A DNA stretch of 61,791 nt, counting the filler. It is 6 parts of 6 records of this genome, joined end to end, with 100 filler letters (N's around TTAATTAATTAA, not from the genome) between each part and the next. Parts side by side here need not be neighbours in the genome. Positions count along the whole stretch, not along the records: positions 49,123 to 55,366 come from SRR2962707_4172; positions 55,467 to 61,791 come from SRR2962707_4174; 4 more parts are not named here. One strand, written 5' to 3'. The position numbers and the translations under genes were made by a program. Position 1 is the first letter of the stretch. Each line of letters starts with the position of its first letter. Shown here piece after piece: positions 54,216-61,791 of this stretch. The notes beneath the pieces are model-generated. The model searched no databases. It was not told the origin of the DNA and saw only the letters and a list, made by a program, of their open reading frames with translations.

Positions 54216-55366
54216 ATGCCACAGTCCTACGAATACGATGTTCTGATCATCGGCAGCGGCGCTGCCGGCCTTACCGTTGCGCTGAATCTTCCGGAGCACT
54301 TGCGGGTTTGCGTCATCAGCAAAGCCGATATCAGCTCTGGCGCCACCCTCTGGGCCCAGGGAGGCATCGCTGCGGTTCTGGACGATACCGATTCCGTAGA
54401 GAATCACATACAGGACACCCTCAACGCGGGCGGCGGTCTGTGCCACGAGGATGCGGTCCGCTTTACCGTGGAACACAGCAAGGAAAGCATCAAGTGGCTG
54501 ATCGACTCCGGCGTGAAGTTCACCAGGCAGGACGATGGCGAGGACTACCACCTCACCCGCGAAGGCGGCCATAGCCATCGCCGGATTATCCACGCCGCCG
54601 ATGCCACCGGCCACGCGGTTTCCACCACCCTGGCGAGCCAGGCCCAGGCCAGGCCGAATATTCACCTGAAAGCCGGCCGGGTGGCTGTGGACCTGATTAC
54701 CAACCGCAAGCTTGCGCTTCCCGGCAACCGCTGCGTCGGCGCCTACATCCTGAATCTCGAAGACAATCATGTGGAACTGTTTCGAGCCAGGTTCACCGTC
54801 ATCGCCACCGGCGGCGCCTCCAAGGCGTATCGCTACACGACCAATCCGGACGGCGCTTCCGGAGATGGAATTGCCATGGCCTGGCGAGCCGGTTGCCGTG
54901 TTGCCAATATGGAGTTCAATCAGTTCCACCCCACCTGCCTGTACCACCCGCACGCCAAGTCCTTCCTGATTACCGAGGCGGTTCGGGGCGAAGGTGGCGT
55001 GCTCCGGCTGCCGGATGGCAGTCGATTTATGGACCGGTTTGATGAACGGGCGGAACTCGCGCCCCGGGACATTGTTGCCCGGGCGATTGACCATGAGATG
55101 AAGCGCCTGGGTGCAGACCACCTGTTCCTGGATATCAGCCATAAGCCGGCCGACTTCATCAAACAGCACTTCCCGACCATTTACGAAAAGTGTCTGAGCT
55201 TCGGGATCGACATTACCCGCGAACCCATCCCCGTGGTGCCTGCTGCCCATTATACCTGCGGCGGAATTGTCAGTGATGAACGGGCGCGTACCGACATCAA
55301 CCAACTCTATGTCGTTGGCGAAGCCGCCTTCACCGGCCTGCACGGCGCCAACCGCATGGCCAGCAA
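54216..55366 (+). CDS. nadB: L-aspartate oxidase (3' truncated)
   Basis: [49 protein letters not shown]. Divergent from algU. Confidence 0.95.
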
Positions 55367-55466
55367 NNNNNNNNNNNNNNNNNNNNNNNNNNNNNNNNNN
55401 NNNNNNNNNNTTAATTAATTAANNNNNNNNNNNNNNNNNNNNNNNNNNNNNNNNNNNNNNNNNNNN
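55367..55466. other. Artificial contig spacer
   Basis: Same N/stop linker. Confidence 0.99.
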
Positions 55467-55529
55467 AGCGGCGCCCTTGCCTGTCCCCGTCCGTTCCAGA
55501 GCTACGAGATCAGGAATCTCTCCAGCCAT
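55467..55529 (-). CDS. rplY: 50S ribosomal protein L25/Ctc N-terminus (truncated)
   Basis: MAGEIPDLVALERTGTGKGAA with an AGGAGA RBS. Confidence 0.8.
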
Positions 55530-55768
55530 GATAATTCTCCTAATGTTATGCGGACACCTCCAAGGCTGTAGTCCCGCGTGAAGGTCGCGCGATAGACCGG
55601 ATTGCGGCCCAAGGCAAGCCCGATTAAGGTGCCTCTCGCATCGCAAACTCCTCGCGGAAGCCCTTCTGGCGTGCTCGGTGCATTGCCCCCGGCGTCAACT
55701 GCGCGGAAATGCTGGCATGTGCCCTGGCCGTTCTGGACGTCGCACCGCCCCTGTGGCAAGGGCAGCGG

Positions 55769-56923
55769 ATGAACCTGTTACATGATCTTTTCCGCAGTCG
55801 CGGACCAGCGGCCGCCTTTGCCGCGATGGGCCTTTTCTGGGGGTCCTTCGCAGCACTTGTGCCCGCGATCAAACCGCAGGTCGGCCTGTCGGATGGCGGC
55901 TTTGGCCTTGCGCTGCTGGTGGCGGCATCGGGGGCCGTGATGGCCATGTGGCTGGCACCCCTGGCGGAACGGTTTCTGGGGCATCGCGCCATGGCGATCT
56001 GCACGGCACTGATGGCACTTGCCTTCCTGCTGCCGGGTTGGACTGGCAGCGGGGTCACCTTTGCGCTGGCGATGACGCTTGCCTCGGCCAGTTCGGGCAC
56101 GCTGGACGTGGTGATGAACGCCCGGGTCAGCGCGCTTGAGGCGACAGAGAAACGCTCGCTCATGAACCTCAATCACGGCATGTTTTCGGTGGCCTATGCC
56201 TGCGCCGCCATCGCCGCCGGGCTGGCCCGAGAAGGGGGAATACACCCCGGCGTGGTACTGTGCGTGATGTCCGCGCTGGCCCTGATGTTGGCGCTGTTCA
56301 TCCTGCGCTGCCCGTTGCCGACATCCGAAGAGGACAGCGGCGAGGCCGGTCTGACGCACCTGCCATGGGCGCTGCTGTTGCCGGGCGGAATGATCATCCT
56401 GATCGCCTTTCTCAGCGAACAGGCGACCGAAGGCTGGTCTGCCCTGCACCTGGAACGCAACCTGGGTGCCGGGGCGGCGCAGGGCGCACTGGGCCCGGCC
56501 ATTCTGGGGATCACCATGGCGGCCGGGCGGCTGTCGGGGCAAATCGTGGCGCAGCGACTGTCGCCGTCACGGGTCATCTTTTGGGCCGCGCTTGTCGCGG
56601 CATCTGGTGCGCTGCTCGCGGCTCATGCGCCAATCCTATCGGTCGCCTATTCGGGCTTTGCCATTCTTGGCGCGGGGGTGTCGGTTCTGGCCCCCATGGC
56701 CTTTGCCTGGGTCGGGCGCATGGTGCCCGCGCGCCACCGCACCGTCGCGATATCGCGGATCTCTGTTGTGGGCTATGCGGGTTTTTTCATCGGGCCGCCG
56801 ATGATGGGCTTCCTGTCCCAGGGCTTTGGGCTCCAGGCCTCGTTCACGGCTATCGCGTTTGGCCTGCTGATCGTGCCGGCCGTGCTGGTGCCCGCCCTGC
56901 ACCGCCGCAGCCCGGCGTCCTGA
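55769..56923 (+). CDS. MFS transporter
   Basis: About 12 hydrophobic segments, LDVVMNA, WSALHLE, GYAGFFIGP. Confidence 0.88.
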   Translation: MNLLHDLFRSRGPAAAFAAMGLFWGSFAALVPAIKPQVGLSDGGFGLALLVAASGAVMAMWLAPLAERFLGHRAMAICTALMALAFLLPGWTGSGVTFALAMTLASASSGTLDVVMNARVSALEATEKRSLMNLNHGMFSVAYACAAIAAGLAREGGIHPGVVLCVMSALALMLALFILRCPLPTSEEDSGEAGLTHLPWALLLPGGMIILIAFLSEQATEGWSALHLERNLGAGAAQGALGPAILGITMAAGRLSGQIVAQRLSPSRVIFWAALVAASGALLAAHAPILSVAYSGFAILGAGVSVLAPMAFAWVGRMVPARHRTVAISRISVVGYAGFFIGPPMMGFLSQGFGLQASFTAIAFGLLIVPAVLVPALHRRSPAS

Positions 56924-57015
56924 CGCCCGAACCTGAGACCTCTACCGGGTAAATACGCAGATCCCGGCGGACTTACCGGACTATTGCTGGGCGCAGGCCG
57001 CCCATTACCGCGTGC

Positions 57016-58368
57016 CTAGGCGCGCCAGGCACGTGACCAGAACCGGTGCATCATCAGCGCCGCCGCGACGGCCAACCCGATGACAAGCCCCGACCAGACC
57101 CCGACGCCGCCGAATTCCCACACAAACCCCAGCAGATAAGACGCCGGGATGCCAATGCCCCAGTAGGCGACGATGGCGATTATCATTGGTACACGGGTGT
57201 CCTGAATCCCCCGCAACAGCCCCAGCGCAATGACCTGCATCCCATCGACCAACTGAAACAGCGCCGCTACGGCCAGCAAAGTGACACCCGTCGCAAGGAT
57301 CGCGTCGCGCGCTGGGTCCGCCGGATCTAGAAAGGCCGACACCAGCTGTTCCGGCAGGATCAGAAAGGCGATGATCGTCACGCAAGAGGTCGCCAGCGAC
57401 AGGCCAAACACCGCCACCGCCCCGCGTCGCAGATGGTCGGGATCATTCCGCCCCAGCGCATTACCCGCCCGGATCGTGGCCACATTGGCAAACCCGAGGT
57501 GGATCATAAAGGTGGCCGAGGCTGCCTGCAGCGCGATGCCATGCGCCGCCAGCGGCACGGTGCCCAGCCAACCCATCATCAGGGCCGTCGCCTCGAACAG
57601 TCCAACCTCGGCCAGGGTGGTCAGACCGATGGGCAGACCGAGCATAAAGACACGGCGAAACATCTCCCAATCCGGTTTCCACAGGCGCAAGAACAGCGCA
57701 TGTTCCGGCAGGCGGATATGGGCATAAATCCCGATCCCGATCAGCGCCACAGCCTGAGAGATGACGGCGGCAATGGCGGCCCCCCTGATGCCCAGTTCCG
57801 GAAAGCCGAAGTTGCCAAAGATCAGCAGATAATTGCCCAACCCGTTCGCAAGCGACGCCGCCAGCGTCATCAGCAGGACGATGCGGGTGCGGCTGAGCGC
57901 GGCAAGGTGGCTTTTAAGCACCATCACCAGCAGTCCGGGCAACATGCCAAATCCGGCCACGCGCAAATAGGTCTGCGCATCCGCCGCCAGATCGGGTGAT
58001 TGACCCAGCGTCAAAAGCAACGTCCCCGATAGCCAGAGCACCGGCATGACGCAGACGAAATAGATCACTGACAGCCACAGCGCCATGCGCGTGGCGCGCC
58101 GGATGCTGGTGGGATCGTTCTGCGCGTCGAACTGCGCCACCATCGGCATCACGGCCCATGCAAAACCGCATCCCATCAGGAACAACAGAAAAAACAGCGC
58201 GGTCGCCAGTGTCAGGGCCGCCAGCGCCTCGGCGCCGTAACGGCCCAGCATGATTGTGTCGGTCAGCCCGATAGAAAATTGCGCCAGATGTCCGCCGATC
58301 AGCGGCAGGCCAAGGCTCAGCACGGCCCGCAGATGTTGGGGCCAGGTCATGGTGGGGGACTGTGTCAT
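57016..58368 (-). CDS. MATE efflux transporter (NorM-like)
   Basis: LTDTIMLG, FGNFGFPELGIRGAA, LAAHGIA, LRGIQDT. Confidence 0.92.
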   Translation of the reverse strand: MTQSPTMTWPQHLRAVLSLGLPLIGGHLAQFSIGLTDTIMLGRYGAEALAALTLATALFFLLFLMGCGFAWAVMPMVAQFDAQNDPTSIRRATRMALWLSVIYFVCVMPVLWLSGTLLLTLGQSPDLAADAQTYLRVAGFGMLPGLLVMVLKSHLAALSRTRIVLLMTLAASLANGLGNYLLIFGNFGFPELGIRGAAIAAVISQAVALIGIGIYAHIRLPEHALFLRLWKPDWEMFRRVFMLGLPIGLTTLAEVGLFEATALMMGWLGTVPLAAHGIALQAASATFMIHLGFANVATIRAGNALGRNDPDHLRRGAVAVFGLSLATSCVTIIAFLILPEQLVSAFLDPADPARDAILATGVTLLAVAALFQLVDGMQVIALGLLRGIQDTRVPMIIAIVAYWGIGIPASYLLGFVWEFGGVGVWSGLVIGLAVAAALMMHRFWSRAWRA

Positions 58369-58645
58369 GTTATCGGCTTTAGGGGGGCGGCCGGATTTCG
58401 GCAAGGGCGCTGTTGCGCGCCCGCTTGCGGCACGACCGCGAGGGGCCAGTCCTTCGCGCTTCCCAGCTTATTTGGGGACAGATGAAAGGGAAAGAACTTT
58501 GGCGTCTTGTTCCGTCAGAACGCGCGTAGCAGCAATTGCACGGCGAGGGCGGCAATGGTCGCAACGGCCAGTGTTTCGACCAGCCGCCAGAGCGCTCAGT
58601 GATCGGCCCTTCCGTGATCCGGGCGGCTTTGCCCCGGTCCCCGGA

Positions 58646-59536
58646 TCACAGACCCAGCAGGTCGCGCCAGCCGTATTGCGGCGCAAAGCCCAGCATCTTC
58701 TGCGCCTTGCTGATGTCATAGAATGTTTCGTTCGCCGCCATCATGCGTTTCAGCGGCAAACCCTGATAATACCGCTCAAGCACTTCTGCCGTGCTCAGCC
58801 CGACCGAAAGATCGGGGTTGGCGACGTTGAACACCTCATACCCCAGACCGTCCGTCACAAGGCAACACTGCACCATATGGCCCAAATCGCGCGCATCGAT
58901 ATAGGCAAATATGTTGCGCCGCCGCAGATCCGGGTTGTCCAGATAGGCCGGGAATTTCGCCTCATAGCTATGCGGCTCGATCACGTTGTTGATCCGCAGA
59001 CCGTAGATGTCGATCCCGGTGCGCGCCTGGAACGACCGCGCGCAGGCCTCGTTCACCACTTTGGACATGGCATAGCTGTCCTGCGGCACGGTGGGGTGGT
59101 TTTCGTCCACCGGCAGGTATTCAGGCTTTAGTTCACCATCGGCAAAGCAGATGCCATAAGTGGTTTCCGAACTGGCAAAGATCACCTTTGGAACGCCAAG
59201 CTTGGTCGCTACCTCGAGCACGTTGTAGGTGGACAGGGTGTTCACGCGAAACAGCTCGTTGTCGGGCTTGATCAGGATGCGCGGGATGGCGGCGAAATGC
59301 ACCACCGCGTCGAATTTTGGCACACCTGTGCCCGCATCAAGTTCGTCCAGCCCGGCATAGGATGTGAGCGCGTTCCAAACCTGACCATTTTCACACAGAT
59401 CCACGATCAGGTTATCAACCCCGGGATGATCCAGCGACACAAGGTCGGCGTTGACCACACGGTGCCCCTGATCCAGTAGATAGGGGATGACGTGCCGCCC
59501 GGCCTTGCCGCTGCCGCCTGTGAAAAGAATGCGCAT
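58646..59536 (-). CDS. NAD-dependent epimerase/dehydratase
   Basis: [19 protein letters not shown]. Confidence 0.9.
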   Translation of the reverse strand: MRILFTGGSGKAGRHVIPYLLDQGHRVVNADLVSLDHPGVDNLIVDLCENGQVWNALTSYAGLDELDAGTGVPKFDAVVHFAAIPRILIKPDNELFRVNTLSTYNVLEVATKLGVPKVIFASSETTYGICFADGELKPEYLPVDENHPTVPQDSYAMSKVVNEACARSFQARTGIDIYGLRINNVIEPHSYEAKFPAYLDNPDLRRRNIFAYIDARDLGHMVQCCLVTDGLGYEVFNVANPDLSVGLSTAEVLERYYQGLPLKRMMAANETFYDISKAQKMLGFAPQYGWRDLLGL

Positions 59537-59666
59537 TTCGTGCTCCTGTTTCTGTATTGCGGCCATCCGGGGCGCGGTGCTGGCAAACCGCTCCCTTGGA
59601 TCCGTACCCATTGATTTCCGCCCCGAGTTCCGGCAGATCACGCGGTATCATCTGGAAGGAACCACC

Positions 59667-60458
59667 ATGACTCGCATCGACGCCAAGTTTGCCGATCTGA
59701 AGGCCAAAGAAAAGAAGGCTTTTGTCGCCTATGTCATGGCAGGCGATCCAGATTACGACACTTCGCTTGAGCTGGTAAAGGGTTTGCCGGATGCGGGTGT
59801 CGACATCATCGAACTGGGCCTGCCGTTCACCGATCCGATGGCGGATGGCGAAACGATCCAACTGGCCGGTCAACGCGCGCTCGAAGGGGGGATGACCCTG
59901 GACAAGACCCTGTCGCTGGCGAGCAGCTTTCGCGAAGGCGATGACACCACCCCGATCGTGATGATGGGTTACTACAATCCGATCTATTCGCGGGGCGTCG
60001 ACAAATTCCTTGTGCAGGCCAAAGAGGCCGGTATCGACGGGCTGATCATCGTCGACCTGCCCCCGGAAGAGGACGAAGAGCTGTGTATTCCGGCGCAAAA
60101 GGCGGGCCTGAACTTTATCCGCCTTGCCACGCCCACGACCGATGACAAACGCCTGCCCAAGGTGCTGCAAAACACATCCGGCTTTGTCTATTACGTGTCG
60201 ATCACCGGCATCACCGGCGCGGGTGCCGCCCAGCCCGCCGATGTCGCCCCCGAAGTTGCGCGCATCAAATCCCAGACTGACCTGCCGGTCATCGTCGGTT
60301 TTGGCATCCGTACCCCCGAAGCGTCACAAGGTATCGCCGCCGTGGCCGATGGCTGCGTTGTGGGGTCTGCCATCGTGGGTGAACTGGCGTCCGGCAAACC
60401 GGTGAGCGAGGTTCTGGCCTTTGTGAAAACCCTGTCTGACGGCGCGCATCGGGCCTGA
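59667..60458 (+). CDS. trpA: Tryptophan synthase alpha chain
   Basis: [41 protein letters not shown]. Confidence 0.96.
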   Translation: MTRIDAKFADLKAKEKKAFVAYVMAGDPDYDTSLELVKGLPDAGVDIIELGLPFTDPMADGETIQLAGQRALEGGMTLDKTLSLASSFREGDDTTPIVMMGYYNPIYSRGVDKFLVQAKEAGIDGLIIVDLPPEEDEELCIPAQKAGLNFIRLATPTTDDKRLPKVLQNTSGFVYYVSITGITGAGAAQPADVAPEVARIKSQTDLPVIVGFGIRTPEASQGIAAVADGCVVGSAIVGELASGKPVSEVLAFVKTLSDGAHRA

Positions 60459-60669
60459 GCGGGGGCGATGCCCAAAGCGGCAAACTAGCGACTGCGCGAT
60501 GTCTGCTTCGAATCTCATTTTCGACACTCTTCCGTAGCGTGGTGCTTGGCAGCTTTTGAGTATTTGCACCCGTGAATGATTTTTATGCGGCTACACGAAT
60601 GAATCGTTCCTGCCCCTACCATTCCTAGCCGCTTAGCTTAAGGGGGGGAGAGGATACGGAGAATGAACG

Positions 60670-61182
60670 ATGACAACGTCACAGGATGTGCCGACGCTGA
60701 TTGCGGCAGCACAGGCCAAAATAAAGATGTCCGAAGATAGAATTTCGGAAATTCGGGAATATTTGAAAGGGCAGGCAGGGTCCGAAGCTCAAGTCAAAGA
60801 GCTTCGCGCGGCGAATGTTGCGCTTGAATTGGCTGCGGTTGATATATTCACTCTTTTCGAGGTGCGCATGCAAAACCACTTCAAACGGGGTCCGTTTTCA
60901 CGAAAACTAAGATCAGCTCTTTTAGAAACCGGACACACTGATCTCGCCGATAGAATTCACAAATATTATCTAGCAATCAACGTGCTCAAACACGGAAAAG
61001 GTGCGAGCTACCGGGAATTGCTCAACACTCCGACCACACTTTTTCATGTGAAGCCTGCCGAAAGCACCACTTTACAAGAAGAAAACGCGCCTACAGGCCT
61101 TATAGATGTTGGCGTGCCGGGCTTTTTTGATGGGCTCACAACAACACTTCTTCAGGCACACCAGTTCCTTGAAAATCGGTAG
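60670..61182 (+). CDS. Hypothetical helical protein (170 aa), lower GC than its neighbours
   Basis: GGAG RBS and an intact ORF containing YLAINVLKHGKG. Confidence 0.7.
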   Translation: MTTSQDVPTLIAAAQAKIKMSEDRISEIREYLKGQAGSEAQVKELRAANVALELAAVDIFTLFEVRMQNHFKRGPFSRKLRSALLETGHTDLADRIHKYYLAINVLKHGKGASYRELLNTPTTLFHVKPAESTTLQEENAPTGLIDVGVPGFFDGLTTTLLQAHQFLENR

Positions 61183-61278
61183 TTTCCCGATCTCAATTTA
61201 CGAGAAAGAGTATGCGGTGCAATGCGAATGCAGCGTGATCAAATGAGAAAGCCCACACATCCTATGTCTGATCCGTGC

Positions 61279-61737
61279 ATGAAAGTTGTGTTGGTCACAC
61301 CCGAAATTCCCTACAATACGGGCGCTATTGGCCGGACTTGCGTTGCGTTGAACCTAGAGTTGATTTTGATCAAGCCTTACGGGTTTTCTCTTGATGAAAA
61401 AGCCGTGCGGCGGGCCGGAACGGACTACTGGAAATATGTTCACCTCAGCGAATATGATAGTTGGGAAAACTTTCTGGATGATCGCAAGCCATGCCCCGAA
61501 AGCCTCTTCTTCTTCGAAGAACACGGCAAACAAACCCTTTACGATCCTGACTATCAACAGGATTCTTATTTGGTATTTGGGTGTGAATCCAAAGGCCTGC
61601 CACCGGTGATACTAAATGGGATGGAAGATCGGACATTCAGTTTGCCCATGCTCGATTCTCGCGTCCGATCGCTCAATTTGGCAAATGTAGCCACAGCAGT
61701 TGTCTATCAAGCCATGCGTATTCAGCTGGGCGGCTGA
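61279..61737 (+). CDS. trmL: tRNA (cytidine/uridine-34 2'-O)-methyltransferase, SPOUT family
   Basis: PEIPYNTGAIGRTC, RRAGTDYW, FGCESKGLP, RSLNLAN. Confidence 0.9.
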   Translation: MKVVLVTPEIPYNTGAIGRTCVALNLELILIKPYGFSLDEKAVRRAGTDYWKYVHLSEYDSWENFLDDRKPCPESLFFFEEHGKQTLYDPDYQQDSYLVFGCESKGLPPVILNGMEDRTFSLPMLDSRVRSLNLANVATAVVYQAMRIQLGG

Positions 61738-61791
61738 AAGCGGCCATTGGCGGCATGGTTGGCTAAGTTTAAGGTTTTTCGATGCGGGCCT

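Noticed and set aside
49741..55366. algU-mucABCD/nadB cluster as a novel system
   Set aside because: Well-known conserved gammaproteobacterial arrangement.
59667..60458. trpA without adjacent trpB
   Set aside because: Dispersed trp genes are common in Rhodobacteraceae, so this is not unusual.

Overview
This window is not one locus. It is six unrelated contigs joined by artificial 100-bp spacers (44 N + TTAATTAATTAA + 44 N), so nothing across a spacer is linked. Taxonomic labels are my inference from protein style and gene order. (1) 1-11224 is an intron-rich protist contig with a 3-exon DDAH gene and a convergent 13-exon gene for a ~2600-aa protein (N-myristoylation signal, 11 NPF motifs, two CAP-Gly domains). 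(2) 11325-29766 is a Rhizobiales-like contig with a penicillin-acylase-family Ntn hydrolase, lipase, aldo/keto reductase, an orphan methyltransferase-glycosyltransferase fusion, an ECF sigma/anti-sigma locus with two matching divergent promoters, a polar amino-acid ABC transporter, MFS and DMT transporters, an FAD oxidoreductase and the end of moaA. (3) 29867-39818 is a Devosia-like contig with pckA, a cell-wall hydrolase preceded by CtrA boxes, CDF, HAD, MscS, DUF72, and a possible membrane-tethered regulator divergent from a lipoprotein. (4) 39919-49022 is a second protist contig with an ~18-exon DHX37/Dhr1 helicase (one GC-AG intron) and a convergent MINDY4-N-terminal-like/A20 zinc-finger gene. 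(5) 49123-55366 is a Marinobacter-like contig with an integron-integrase pseudogene next to algU(rpoE)-mucABCD and nadB. (6) 55467-61791 is a Roseobacter-like contig with the rplY start, MFS, MATE, an epimerase, trpA and a lower-GC two-gene islet including trmL. I found no rRNA, tRNA or CRISPR array. All exon models were assembled by hand and no database searches were run.
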